DNA of 64,000 nt from Candidatus Omnitrophota bacterium (GTDB taxonomy: Bacteria > Omnitrophota > Gorgyraeia > Zapsychrales > Fredricksoniimonadaceae). Positions 30,126-42,688 of this stretch are shown here, piece after piece. Every line of letters begins with the position of its first letter. Positions within the stretch are counted from its first letter, which is position 1. Under the pieces are notes generated by a model. That model had not been told where the DNA came from and made no database searches. It saw only the letters and a program-made list of their open reading frames with translations. The position numbers and the translations under genes were made by a program. The stretch is taken from NCBI GenBank assembly GCA_015232565.1, contig JADFZK010000001.1:77160-141159 (forward strand), written 5' to 3'.

Positions 30126-30677
30126 TTAGGTGTGTTCCAGGATAAATAACTGGTTGGCGCCCCATAAAAAACGCTGATATGCGCCGATCTTAAGGCGGCA
30201 TTCTTTCGTTAATTGATCCATTGCTGCCCAATCAAGATATTGATGATGTTCTTCTGCTGCGGAGTGGTTAAAGAGGCCCAGGCAGGCGCCAGTTTCGTAA
30301 ATCTTCCTAAAGGCCGGATGTGGCGTTGTGATTATGATCTTTCCTTCAGGTTCCAGCTTGTCGGCCAGTTTATGCATAAAAGAGCCGGGGTCAGCCAGGT
30401 GTTCAATAACGGCCAGTAAAGCGATAGTCCTGAATTTTATGTTTGGGGGCAGTTCGGCCATCAGGTGGAAACAATGGCGCGGATGATCCTTTTTTGCGCA
30501 AGCGATGGCTTCGGGGTTGATATCTGTTCCGGTATAAGAATTGGGATCAAAATATTGGGCCAGATGGCCTTTGCCACAGCCAACGTCCAGTATGGCCGGA
30601 GCGAGAAAGGGTTTGGCGGTATGCAGCCGGATAAAGCGCAGATAACCGGATAGAGCCCCATCGGCCTGTTCATTCAT
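30126..30677 (-). CDS. Class I SAM-dependent methyltransferase
   Basis: ILDVGCGKG, GTDIN, AVIEHLADP and LEPEGKIIITTP motifs. Confidence 0.88.
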   Translation of the reverse strand: MNEQADGALSGYLRFIRLHTAKPFLAPAILDVGCGKGHLAQYFDPNSYTGTDINPEAIACAKKDHPRHCFHLMAELPPNIKFRTIALLAVIEHLADPGSFMHKLADKLEPEGKIIITTPHPAFRKIYETGACLGLFNHSAAEEHHQYLDWAAMDQLTKECRLKIGAYQRFLWGANQLFILEHT

Positions 30678-31623
30678 GGGAAGCGTCTTTAAGTTGATCT
30701 TTCTTAAGGCGATATTGCACGTCTTCCATTATTCGCCGATTGATCGCGGAAACATCGGTAATGAACGCAGTGAGGATAATCTGAAATCCAAGGCCGAGCA
30801 GGATGGAGGCGGCTATCAGGGATTGAACATGGCCATTGCCGGAATGATGATAGAACAGCCACAGGAAGCGTATTATCATCAGGCTTCCTATTACAGCAAA
30901 AAAGGTTCCGATCGAGAAAAAGAATCGAAAAGGGTGGTAGTTTACTGATATCCTGATGATGGTTTGGAGAGAATTTAACACATATGAAAGGGTGCTTTTT
31001 GCCAGGCGTGAAGGGCGCAGGTAGCCGTTAACTCGGATGGGGACACTTACTACCGTCAGGTTCTTTTGTTTGGCCTGGATCAACATCTCCAGAGTATAAG
31101 TGTATTTGCTGAATATGTTTATCTTTAACGCCGCTTCCCGATTCAGGGCGCGAAATCCGCTGGTAGCGTCCAGTATATTGACTCCGCTTATCCAGCGGAC
31201 TATTGCGCTTCCAATGTTTTGCAAAAGTTTTTTAGTGAAAGAAAAATGCTGTATTTGGCCGATTGGCCTGGTGCCGATCACTATATCGGCGTGTTTTTGT
31301 GTTATTGGGGCGGTAAGTTTATTAATATCTTCCGCGTTGTATTGATTGTCGGCATCGGTATTTACAATTATATCGGCGCCCAGTTTTACGCTGGCTTCCA
31401 TTCCCATGGTGAAAGCGCGAGCCAGGCCCTGGTGAGAGGTCATTTTAACAATGTGATCGGCACCGTTCTGGCGGGCCACTTCGATTGTGTTGTCGGTACT
31501 GCCATCGTCTATTATCAACACTTTTACATCGCGACATCCGGTTACTGAACGCGGGATCTTGGCCAAGGTAACGGGTAGCGTAGCGGCTTCATTATAACAG
31601 GGTATTTGTATGAAAAGTTGCAT
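30670..31623 (-). CDS. GT2 polyprenol-phosphate glycosyltransferase with two C-terminal TMs (GtrB/ArnC-like architecture)
   Basis: IQIPCYNE, IDDGSTD, NTDADNQY, DATSGFRA and two C-terminal hydrophobic helices. Confidence 0.88.
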   Translation of the reverse strand: MQLFIQIPCYNEAATLPVTLAKIPRSVTGCRDVKVLIIDDGSTDNTIEVARQNGADHIVKMTSHQGLARAFTMGMEASVKLGADIIVNTDADNQYNAEDINKLTAPITQKHADIVIGTRPIGQIQHFSFTKKLLQNIGSAIVRWISGVNILDATSGFRALNREAALKINIFSKYTYTLEMLIQAKQKNLTVVSVPIRVNGYLRPSRLAKSTLSYVLNSLQTIIRISVNYHPFRFFFSIGTFFAVIGSLMIIRFLWLFYHHSGNGHVQSLIAASILLGLGFQIILTAFITDVSAINRRIMEDVQYRLKKDQLKDASHE

Positions 31624-31797
31624 GGCATTAATGATATTAAAAAAATACCTAAATAACAATGTTTTTCGGTACGTAATTATATTATGCTTTTATGCCAAGG
31701 CTTGATTTGTGTTGCTTAGTGACCGGTTCAAATGTTTTTTATGAATTTAATTTGTGCTGGCTGGCTTGATCGTGTTTGAAACTATAACGGATTCTTT

Positions 31798-32547
31798 ATG
31801 ACCACCTATAGCGTTCTGGATATTCAGGTTTCCGCGGTTAATCCCGACCTGGCGTTCTCTGTTATTCGCGATCTTGTTGCTTCCCGTGCTAAAGCTTATG
31901 TTTGCGTGGCACCGGTGTCTACTATTGTGGACGCGCGGCGTGATCCGCAGTACCGGGCGGTGGTTAACGCCGCGGCTATGGTAACGCCGGATGGCGCTCC
32001 GGTGGCCTGGCTGGGGCGTTGGCACGGGCATAAGTCCGTGCGCCGGACTTATGGGCCGGATCTTATGTTGCAGGTCTGCGCTGAAGGCCGTGCGCAGGGA
32101 TTTCGTCATTTTTTCTATGGCGCAAGCGCCCCTGTTTGTGATAGATTGGAACACAATTTAAGGTCCCGGTTCCCAGGCATTCACATAGCGGGCAAGATTG
32201 CTCCGCCTTATATTAGTAAAGCCGCAGTGTTGGCGGACGCCGTGATCAAGGAGATCAATGCCGCGCGCCCGGATGTGCTGTGGGTGGGGCTGGGGTCGCC
32301 CAAACAGGATCTTTGGATGGCGCTAAACCGTGCGGCTTTGGATGTGCCGGTAATGATCGGCATTGGCGCGGCGTTCGACTTTATCGCCGGCGAGAAGCCG
32401 CAGGCGCCCGGCTGGATGCGGGCTTGCGCGCTCGAATGGCTTTTTCGGTTATGTTGCGAACCCCGGCGGCTCTGGAAGCGTTATCTGCTGGGCAACACCT
32501 TGTTTATTTTCTGGTTGATCAAGGACGCTGTTTTTAAACGCCGTTAA
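31798..32547 (+). CDS. WecB/TagA/CpsF family glycosyltransferase (GT26)
   Basis: TPDGAPV, GPDLM, WVGLGSPKQD, GIGAAFDF and LEWLFRL..EPRRLWKRY motifs. Confidence 0.93.
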   Translation: MTTYSVLDIQVSAVNPDLAFSVIRDLVASRAKAYVCVAPVSTIVDARRDPQYRAVVNAAAMVTPDGAPVAWLGRWHGHKSVRRTYGPDLMLQVCAEGRAQGFRHFFYGASAPVCDRLEHNLRSRFPGIHIAGKIAPPYISKAAVLADAVIKEINAARPDVLWVGLGSPKQDLWMALNRAALDVPVMIGIGAAFDFIAGEKPQAPGWMRACALEWLFRLCCEPRRLWKRYLLGNTLFIFWLIKDAVFKRR

Positions 32548-32586
32548 GAAAGCACCTTTAGGGAAATCTTCGGAGATAAGGCCTTA

Positions 32587-34004
32587 ATGATCAGCCGCGC
32601 CCTTTCTTTTCTTATTCGCTTGTCCTATGTCCTGGTTGACATCGGGTGTATTTTCTTCAGTATCTTTCTGGCCTCCTGGCTCAGGCAGAACGCTTTCCCC
32701 ATGACTTTGCAGGAATTGTTTTTTGATACCAGCAATCCTTTTCATCTGGTTTTCGTTATCTGGTTTGTGACCGTCCTGTTCTTTAATGGTCTGCATCATT
32801 TGTATCAGACCCGGCGGGAAGTGGTGGAGTTCCACGAGATCGGGCAGGTGGTGCGTTCGGTGCTTTTTGCGGCCGGGACCGTGCTGGTGTTTGTTTATGG
32901 CATGAAGATCGTGGGGTTTCCGCGGTCAGTCTTTTTTCTTATAGTGTTCTTCACGTTCGTGTTATTTTGTTTGTGGCGTTTCCTTAAACGTCTTTTCGTG
33001 GAATTCCTGGCGGCCAATGGTTACAACAATTTCAATGTCCTGATCGTGGGCGCCGGGCGGACCGGTATGATGCTGGCCCAGGAAATAAAGCTTCATCCGG
33101 GACTGGGTTTGCGGGTGGTCGGGTTCTTGGATGATGTCAAAACGGCTACCGAACTGGGTCCCGAACATAAGGTGCTGGGCAAGCTTTCCCAGCTGGAAGA
33201 GGTGGCCAGGAAGAATTTCGTGCACAAGGTTTTCTTTACCATTCATCCTCCGGGTAATATTTTCTACGATATGATCGAGACCGCCAAGGCCCTGCGTATC
33301 GCGGTCCGCGTTATTCCCGTGGCTTTCGACCGGGCGGTGGGTGAGATATTCAAATTCAATATTGGGTATATCCCGGTCCTGGAGTATTCCGGACTGGGTC
33401 ATAATCGGGTGCAATACGGCAAGCGCGTTTTTGACCTGATGATGTCGGGGGTGGCGTTGGTTTTGCTCATGCCTTGCGTCTTTCTGATCGGCCTTTTGAT
33501 CAAACTCGACAGCGTTGGCCCGGTGTTCTATTTCTCCAGTCGTTATGGTTGTGGTGGCCGGGTATTTAAGATGTGGAAATTCCGTAGTATGGTGGTGGAT
33601 GCGGATGCCCGCCTGGCCGAGCTTAAGGCTAAGAACGAGGTCGATGGCCCGATATTCAAGATCAAACAGGATCCGCGGGTTACGGCTATCGGTAAATTCT
33701 TAAGAAAATACAGCCTGGATGAACTGCCGCAGATATTCAATGTTCTTATGGGGGATATGAGCCTGGTCGGCCCGCGGCCTTTACCCCTGGACCAGGTTGA
33801 GCGGGAAGATCCCAATCAGCTTAAGCGCCTGGAGGTCCGTCCGGGCATTACCGGTTTATGGCAGGTGCGCGGCCGCAGTGACCTGCCTTTTCATCGTTTG
33901 ATAAAATGGGATACGTGGTACATAAATAACTGGTCGTTCATGCTGGATATCGGCATTCTGCTGGAAACGGTGCCGGTGGTGATAAAAGGAAAAGGAGCGT
34001 ATTG

Positions 34005-34005
<1 letters not shown>
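32587..34005 (+). CDS. Undecaprenyl-phosphate sugar-phosphotransferase (WcaJ/WbaP-type priming transferase)
   Basis: Four N-terminal TMs, a CoA-binding-like domain, [37 protein letters not shown] and PGITGLWQV. Confidence 0.93.
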
Positions 34006-35958
<1,953 letters not shown>

Positions 35959-35959
<1 letters not shown>

Positions 35960-37203
35960 TGATAGCTATCACTTTTCTTGATCGGGCGATCTTTGTTCTA
36001 CTTTGTCTTTTGGTTTTCTTTTTGCCTGCCACCAATGCTTTTGTGGAAGTGGCGTCTGCTTTGGCTATACTGGCTTTCCTCATAAAACAGTTTCTGCTGG
36101 GCCCCGCGGCTTTAAAACGCCTGCCGGGCAAGATGGTGCTTATTCCGGCTTTGTTGTTTTTTGTCTGGTCGGGGCTTTCCATTGTCTGGAGCCAGTTCCC
36201 GTTGTTAAGCCTGAAGGGTTTTCTCGGCAAATCTTTGCAGGCCGCTTTTTTGTTCATTATTAGTTATGAAACTTTGTCTTCCGGCAAGCGCTACTGGATC
36301 CTGATCGCGGTTTTTATGGTCTCGGCGGGCATTGTATCTTTGGATGGCTTATGGCAGGCTTATTCGGGGTTCGACATCTTTGTGCGCGCTCCGTTCTCGG
36401 ACGGGCGGGTAATGGCGTCTTTCCGGCACCCTAATGATTTTGGGGCTTACCTTATCCTGGCGATCCTGCCGGTCATAGTGCTTACCATAACAGCCGGAGT
36501 GCGTTCTTTTACCGATTACAGTCTTAAGAACGCCATGTTGTTCTTTGGCGGTTTTCTCTTTGTGGGCGTAGCTTCAACAGCTTTGGGATTAACTTATTCC
36601 CGGGGTGCCTGGTTCGGCATGGTAGTGGCGGCGATCATTTTGATCGCCCATAACCGCCGTTTGTGGCCGGCGGTGCTGGCTTTCACGTCTTTGTTCATCC
36701 TTATTTTTCAGCCTTTATTGCTTAAGATCCGGGATGTTTCTTTTGTGGCGGATACGGTCGGCGGGCAGTCAAGTTTCGGGGTTTTTAACGGTAATGGTCG
36801 GCTGGTTTTCTGGCGCGACGCACTGAAGGTCATCGCCGATAACCCCATCTTCGGCACCGGGTTGAATTCCTACACTATGGTAATTAAGAAGTATGTGCCT
36901 ATGTGGGCTATTTATCCGCATAACTGCTATTTGCAAATGGGCGCCGAGTTGGGGCTGGTGGGGTTGGCTTTGTTCCTTTGGTTCATGATTGCGCTAATGA
37001 TCAAGATGTCGTCGGGGATCGGGCGTTTGCCCAAAGAGCCCGAGCGCTGGTTATTGACGGCTTTCTTTGCCGGCTGGTGCGGTTTTCTGGTCCATAGCGG
37101 GCTGGATACCTCGTTATATTCGTCCCAGTTGACCGCTATTTTCTGGGTCGTTACCGGAGCGATGGCAGCTTTCGGTAAGCAGATATCATGTCGTCAGGTA
37201 TGA
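35959..37203 (+). CDS. O-antigen ligase family protein (WaaL/Wzy_C)
   Basis: HPNDFG, TYSRGAW, GRLVFW, PIFGTGLN and PHNCYLQMGAELGLVG motifs. Confidence 0.88.
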
Positions 37204-37234
37204 TCTGAATGGTTTCTGGCGTTTGAATTGCGAT

Positions 37235-37262
37235 TTGACAAAACGGGTTCAATAAATATAAT
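37235..37262 (+). promoter_or_regulatory. sigma70 promoter upstream of pgk
   Basis: Exact consensus TTGACA (37235-37240), 16-nt spacer, TATAAT (37257-37262). Confidence 0.8.
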
Positions 37263-37310
37263 AGGGAATCTTTTGGGGTGGTTAATGCTGTAGGTAGTGT
37301 GTCTGACGCT

Positions 37311-37448
37311 TCTTTACATTTGAAGAGCATTGGAAAATCGAGAATAGACCGCAATGGAGCCAAATGTTTTATTATTTCTCCATTTTCGATTGCTTCATTG
37401 CTCCAGTGTGGTGATTCAAATGTAAAGAGATATGTGAATCACCACACT
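37311..37448 (+). other. Structured inverted-repeat element in the pgk 5' leader (candidate cis-regulatory RNA or miniature element)
   Basis: Two perfect 14-bp complementary pairs, 37311-37324/37415-37428 and 37405-37418/37435-37448, plus nested inner helices. Confidence 0.55.
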
Positions 37449-37504
37449 AGCGGCCACTGGTCAAAAACGAACTCTTACCTGAAATAACTCTTAAGCGAGG
37501 TTTT

Positions 37505-38728
37505 ATGAACAAGCAGACGGTGCGGGATGTGGTTTTAAAGGGCAAGAAAGTTATTATTCGCGTGGATTTTAATGTGCCGCTGGATGGCGACAAGATCACG
37601 GACGACATACGGATCAGGGCCGCTGTTCCGACGATAAAATATGTGCTGGATAATGGCGCCGCGAAGGTTGTCTTAATGAGCCATTTGGGCCGGCCCAAAG
37701 GCACGGGTTTCGAGAAAGAATTTTCACTGGCTCCGGCGGCTAAATGTTTGGCCGGGCTTTTGGGAACGCCGGTAAAACTTTTGTCCGATTGCATTGGCCC
37801 GGAAGTCAAGGCTGGTATAGCCGCGGCCACCGAGAAAGTGGTCTTGCTGGAAAACCTGCGTTTTCATAAGGAAGAAGAAAAGAACGACCCCGCTTTTGCC
37901 AAAGAGCTGGCCAGTTTAGCTGATATTTATGTTAATGACGCTTTCGGCACCGCGCATCGTGCGCATGCTTCAACTGCGGGTGTGGCGGCGTTCCTTCCGG
38001 CGGTGAGCGGCTTTCTGATCGAAAAAGAGTTAACTTACCTGGGAGCCGCGGTCAACAATCCGGAGCGGCCTTTTGTGGTTATCCTGGGCGGCGCCAAGGT
38101 GTCGGACAAGATCCTGCTTATCGAGAGCCTGCTTAAGAAGGCCAACACTATTATCATCGGCGGCGGGATGGCATACACGTTCCTTAAGTCACAGGGTATC
38201 AATATTGGAAATTCTAAGCTGGAGAAAGACAAGGTTGACCTGGCCCGGGGGTTGCTGGAAAAGGCCAAGGCGGCGGGTGTGCGCATTGAGCTTACCGAAG
38301 ACTTTGTGATCGTGCCCAATTTTGAATCTAACGACGGTAAGATCTCGGATGTTATTCCGGATGGTTTCGAGTCTTTGGATATTGGCCCCAAAACGCGTGC
38401 CAAGTTCAAGAAAATACTGGATGGCGCCAGGACGGTGGTGTGGAACGGCCCTCTGGGGGTGTTCGAGCGCGATGCTTTTGCCAATGGCACCAAAGAGATC
38501 GCCCAGCATTTGGCCGCTTTGAAAGACAAAGGCGTCAAGACCATTATCGGCGGCGGCGATTCGGCGGCCGCGGTACTTAAGTTCGGCCTGGACGACAAGA
38601 TGACGCATATTTCGACCGGCGGCGGGGCTTCGCTGGAGTATCTGGAAGGCAAGGAATTGCCCGGGATCACGGCGCTGAACGACAAGAAAGCCAAGGGTTG
38701 CTGTAGCGGCGGTTGCGTTTGTTCTTAA
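37505..38728 (+). CDS. pgk: Phosphoglycerate kinase
   Basis: [42 protein letters not shown] and [11 protein letters not shown] motifs. Confidence 0.98.
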   Translation: MNKQTVRDVVLKGKKVIIRVDFNVPLDGDKITDDIRIRAAVPTIKYVLDNGAAKVVLMSHLGRPKGTGFEKEFSLAPAAKCLAGLLGTPVKLLSDCIGPEVKAGIAAATEKVVLLENLRFHKEEEKNDPAFAKELASLADIYVNDAFGTAHRAHASTAGVAAFLPAVSGFLIEKELTYLGAAVNNPERPFVVILGGAKVSDKILLIESLLKKANTIIIGGGMAYTFLKSQGINIGNSKLEKDKVDLARGLLEKAKAAGVRIELTEDFVIVPNFESNDGKISDVIPDGFESLDIGPKTRAKFKKILDGARTVVWNGPLGVFERDAFANGTKEIAQHLAALKDKGVKTIIGGGDSAAAVLKFGLDDKMTHISTGGGASLEYLEGKELPGITALNDKKAKGCCSGGCVCS

Positions 38729-38781
38729 GGTAGTTCGGGGAAACGTTTTTAGTAAAGTTCAAAAATCTTGCGGAGATATAA

Positions 38782-39540
38782 ATGAGAAAAAAGATCATTG
38801 CCGGCAACTGGAAAATGTATAAGACCGCGCCTGAGGCGCTGGAGCTGGTGGCGGCGCTTAAGAAGGAAATTGGCGGCGTGACCGCGGTGGATGTGGTGGT
38901 TTGTCCTCCTTTCGTTCATTTGGGAGCGGTGGTGGATAATTGCCGTGCCAGTTCGATCGCGGTTGGCGCGCAGAATATTTATTGGGAAGATGCGGGTGCT
39001 TTCACCGGTGAAGTTTCGGGCCCTATGCTGGCTTCGGTGGGAGTAAAATACGTTATTATCGGGCATTCGGAACGCCGTCAGTTCTTCGGTGAGACCAATG
39101 AGACCGTCAACAAGCGTACCCGGGCGGCCCTTAAGAATGGGTTAAAGCCTATTGTTTGCGTGGGGGAGAACCTGGCTGAGCGCGAGTCCGGCCGGACCTT
39201 TGATGTTATTCGCGATCATGTTACCGGATCGCTGGCGGGCCTCACCAAGGAAGACATGCTCAGGATCGTACTGGCTTATGAACCGGTGTGGGCTATCGGC
39301 ACGGGCAAAACCGCCTCTGCCGCCCAGGCGCAGGAAGTGCATAAGTTCATCCGCGAAATATTGCTCAAGATGTTCGACAAGGCTACGGCGGACGCTACAC
39401 GGATCCAGTACGGCGGCAGTGTGAAGCCCGAGAATATCGCCGAGCTGGTGGCCCAGCCGGATATCGATGGCGCTTTGGTGGGCGGAGCCAGCCTGAAGGC
39501 GGATTCTTTTGCCGCGCTGGTTAGAAATTCAATGAATTAA
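38782..39540 (+). CDS. tpiA: Triosephosphate isomerase
   Basis: AGNWKM, IIGHSERR, AYEPVWAIGTG, YGGSV and LVGGASL motifs. Confidence 0.98.
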   Translation: MRKKIIAGNWKMYKTAPEALELVAALKKEIGGVTAVDVVVCPPFVHLGAVVDNCRASSIAVGAQNIYWEDAGAFTGEVSGPMLASVGVKYVIIGHSERRQFFGETNETVNKRTRAALKNGLKPIVCVGENLAERESGRTFDVIRDHVTGSLAGLTKEDMLRIVLAYEPVWAIGTGKTASAAQAQEVHKFIREILLKMFDKATADATRIQYGGSVKPENIAELVAQPDIDGALVGGASLKADSFAALVRNSMN

Positions 39541-39549
39541 TAGGGGGTA

Positions 39550-39975
39550 TTGCCAGTGATCACATTTCTAACTATCGTTCATATCATCGCCTGTATTTTA
39601 CTAGTGGCCACTATTTTGATGCAGTCCGGCAAGGGCGGCGGGTTGGCCGAAGGCTTTAGTTCGGCCGAGAATCTGCTGGGCGCGCAGACCAATGTGGTAA
39701 TGGTGCGGGTCACTACCTTTATCGGGGTGATCTTTCTGGTCACTTGCCTGAGCCTGGCGGTTTTAACGGCCAAGCAGGGGACTTCCTTGATGAAAAAGAT
39801 CCCGGCGCGGACTCCGAAAGCCAAGACCGTTGATGTGGACAAGCTTTTTGATCAGGCGCCTTCGCAGACCATTACTTTGAATGCCGAAGGCCCGGCGGGT
39901 GAAGCGGCGGCTGTGCCGGCGGAAAAGTCCGCGGCTCCGGTCAGTCCAGGGGTTTTGGTGAACACTACAAAATAA
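39550..39975 (+). CDS. secG: Preprotein translocase subunit SecG
   Basis: Two TMs flanking ILMQSGKGGGLA, in the usual position after tpiA. Confidence 0.9.
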   Translation: MPVITFLTIVHIIACILLVATILMQSGKGGGLAEGFSSAENLLGAQTNVVMVRVTTFIGVIFLVTCLSLAVLTAKQGTSLMKKIPARTPKAKTVDVDKLFDQAPSQTITLNAEGPAGEAAAVPAEKSAAPVSPGVLVNTTK

Positions 39976-41702
39976 TGAGATCTCTTCTTAATATCACAAG
40001 GAGCACGGCATGTTTATTGCTGTGCTCCTTGTTGTTTTCGGGGGCGGGCCAGGCCGCTGATGCCCGCTATGGCGGCGAGCTGGTGTTGGCAATAACTTCC
40101 GATCCGAAATCGTTTAATCCCATACTGGCCAAAGAAACTTCCACTACCACTATCACCGGGCATTTGTTCGAAGGCCTGACCAGGCTGGACGCTTTCGATA
40201 TGACCGTCAAGCCCAATCTGGCCAGTCGCTGGCAGGTAAGCGCCGATGGCCTGACCTGGACCTTTGAATTGCGTGAAGGTTTGCGCTGGTCGGACGGCGC
40301 GCCGTTAACCGCCGATGATGTGGTGTTCACGTTTAATGACCTGATCTTTAACGACGCGGTTCCCAATTCGGCCCGGGATATATATACCATCAAGGGCCAG
40401 CCTTTGCAGGTTGAGAAGGTCGACGCTCTGACCGTGCGCTTTATTTTGCCTTTCCGTTTTGCGCCATTCCTGCGCAGTATGGGCCAGGAGATCCTGCCGA
40501 AACATGTTTTGAGCCCGGCGGTCAAGGCCGGACGGTTTGCTTTTACCTGGGGGATCGATGCGGTGCCGGGAATGGTAGTCGGTAATGGGGCTTTTGTATT
40601 GGAATCGTATTATCCCGGCCAGGAAGTTGTTCTGCGGCGTAACCCATACTATTGGAAGAAGTCACCGGCGGGGGGCGCTTTGCCTTACCTGGACCGGGTG
40701 CGTTATGTGATCGTGCCGAGCATGGATGTGGAACTGCTTAAGTTCCTGGAAGGTTCGATAGACGCCTATGGTGTGCGCGGCATGGATTTTCCCTTGTTGA
40801 AACCTTTGGAGCGTAAGCGCGATTTTCGGATCTTTGACCTGGGGCCGGATATGGGCGCGAGTTTTGTGGTCTTTAATCAGAATCCGGGCCAGGATCAAAA
40901 GACCGGCCAGCCTTTTGTTCCGCCGTTCAAGCTGGCCTGGTTTACCAATCGTGATTTTCGTCGAGCCGTGGCTTATTCCATCGATAAGGCGCGTATAATC
41001 GCGATCGTCAAGAACGGCCTGGGTTATCCGCAGTATTCACCGGAAAGTCCGGGGTCCGGCTTCTTTTATTGTGACCAGGTGCGTAAATACGACTACGATC
41101 CTGCCAAGGCCCGGGAATTGTTGGGCCAGGCGGGCTTCCGGGATGTTAATGGTGACGGGATCCTGGAAGATTTTGCCGGGCATCCTTTGGAGTTCACTTT
41201 GCTGACCAACGCGGATAATACCGAACGGGTGGACATTGCCTCGATCATCCGCCGTGACCTGGAGAATCTGGGGGTGAAGGTTAATTTTCAGCTGGTTGAG
41301 TTTAATACTTTGGTCGCCAAGCTTACTTCTACCTTTGACTGGGAAGTGGTAGTGCTCGGCCTTACCGGCTCGACCGATCCGCATTTCGGGCAGAATGTCT
41401 GGCTGTCATCCGGCCAGTTGCATATGTGGTCGCCCCGGCAGGCGGCTCCGCAGACCCGTTGGGAGAAACGTATCGACGAGCTCTTCGCCGCCGGGGTGCA
41501 GGAGTTGGACGAAACCCGGCGCAAGGCTTATTACGACGAGTACCAGCAGATCGTGGCCGAGGAAGTGCCCATGGCTTATACTGCGCTGGGTGCGCGGCTT
41601 ACCGCGGTGCGCAACAAGTTCGGCAATTTACAGCCTGCCCGGTTTGGCGGGGTGTTCCATAATATCGAGGAACTTTACGTTCTGCCTGGTGAGGGGAGAT
41701 GA
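39975..41702 (+). CDS. Peptide/nickel ABC transporter substrate-binding protein (family 5)
   Basis: Signal peptide, DPKSFNP, PNLASRWQVSADGLTWTFELR.GLRWSDG.PLTADDV.FT and NPYYW motifs. Confidence 0.93.
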   Translation: MRSLLNITRSTACLLLCSLLFSGAGQAADARYGGELVLAITSDPKSFNPILAKETSTTTITGHLFEGLTRLDAFDMTVKPNLASRWQVSADGLTWTFELREGLRWSDGAPLTADDVVFTFNDLIFNDAVPNSARDIYTIKGQPLQVEKVDALTVRFILPFRFAPFLRSMGQEILPKHVLSPAVKAGRFAFTWGIDAVPGMVVGNGAFVLESYYPGQEVVLRRNPYYWKKSPAGGALPYLDRVRYVIVPSMDVELLKFLEGSIDAYGVRGMDFPLLKPLERKRDFRIFDLGPDMGASFVVFNQNPGQDQKTGQPFVPPFKLAWFTNRDFRRAVAYSIDKARIIAIVKNGLGYPQYSPESPGSGFFYCDQVRKYDYDPAKARELLGQAGFRDVNGDGILEDFAGHPLEFTLLTNADNTERVDIASIIRRDLENLGVKVNFQLVEFNTLVAKLTSTFDWEVVVLGLTGSTDPHFGQNVWLSSGQLHMWSPRQAAPQTRWEKRIDELFAAGVQELDETRRKAYYDEYQQIVAEEVPMAYTALGARLTAVRNKFGNLQPARFGGVFHNIEELYVLPGEGR

Positions 41703-42673
41703 TGAAATATATTGCGCGGCGAATAGTTACGGCAGTTTTTCTGTTATTGGCCATGAGCTTTCTTACTTTTATGCTTATGCGCCTGACCCCGGGTAATTAT
41801 CTGGATACGCTCCGGCTGGATCCGCAAGTGTCTGCGGAAACCCTGGCGCATTATGAGAAACTTTACCATTTGAATGATCCGGCCTTTATGCAATATGGTT
41901 ACTGGTTGACCAATCTTTTGCGCGGTGAAATGGGGTATTCTTTTTATTATAACGTGCCGGTGGTGAATATTATCGGCGGCCGGATCTGGAATACCTTTGT
42001 GCTGTCGCTGTGCGCTTTTCTGGTTACTTGGCTGTTGGCCATACCGCTGGGGGTTTGGGCGGCTCTGCGGCGTAATCGTTTCTCCGACCGGCTGGTGCAG
42101 GTCTTGAGTTATGTTTTTCTTTCCTTACCGGGTTTCTTTGTGGCAATGATCTTTCTTTTCTGGGCCAGCCAGACCGGTATCCTGCCGCTGGGAGGGATGC
42201 ATAGTCCGGGTTACGCGGTCTGGCCGTGGTGGCGCCAGTGGCTTGATCTGGGGGCGCATTTGGTTATACCGACCGCGGCTTTGTCTTTGGGTTCGGTGGC
42301 CGCTTTACAGCGGATCATGCGCGGCAATATGCTCGAGGAGCTGGGTAAACAATATGTTCTGGCCGCGCGGGCCAAAGGCCTGCCCGAGAACCGGATCATT
42401 TATGTGCATGTCCTGCGCAATGCGCTCAACCCTTTGATCACGCTGTTGGGTTATGAATTCGCCGGATTGCTCAGCGGTGCGGCGATCATGGAGATCATCA
42501 CCAGCTGGCCGGGCCTGGGCGCGCTGATGCTTACCGCGGTACGGTCTAAGGATATTTACCTGGTTATGGCGAGCATGCTGATGGGTGGAGTGATGTTCAT
42601 TGCCGGCAATTTGCTGGCTGATATCCTGCTGGCCAAGGCTGATCCGCGTATCCGGGCTGAGAGTGCTGTTTAG
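41699..42673 (+). CDS. Peptide/nickel ABC transporter permease (OppB/DppB-like)
   Basis: YVLAARAKGL (EAA-like), HVLRNAL, SWPGLG and DPRIR motifs. Confidence 0.92.
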   Translation: MMKYIARRIVTAVFLLLAMSFLTFMLMRLTPGNYLDTLRLDPQVSAETLAHYEKLYHLNDPAFMQYGYWLTNLLRGEMGYSFYYNVPVVNIIGGRIWNTFVLSLCAFLVTWLLAIPLGVWAALRRNRFSDRLVQVLSYVFLSLPGFFVAMIFLFWASQTGILPLGGMHSPGYAVWPWWRQWLDLGAHLVIPTAALSLGSVAALQRIMRGNMLEELGKQYVLAARAKGLPENRIIYVHVLRNALNPLITLLGYEFAGLLSGAAIMEIITSWPGLGALMLTAVRSKDIYLVMASMLMGGVMFIAGNLLADILLAKADPRIRAESAV

Positions 42674-42688
42674 AAATCTACAGGTGCT

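Noticed and set aside
37278-37487. 69-aa ORF in the pgk leader
   Set aside because: GTG start, no convincing RBS or protein motif, and it coincides with the inverted-repeat structure. A leader peptide is not fully excluded.
39960-39990. tRNA-Leu commonly found after secG
   Set aside because: The secG stop overlaps the next start (TAATG), leaving no room. I saw no tRNA or rRNA anywhere in the window.
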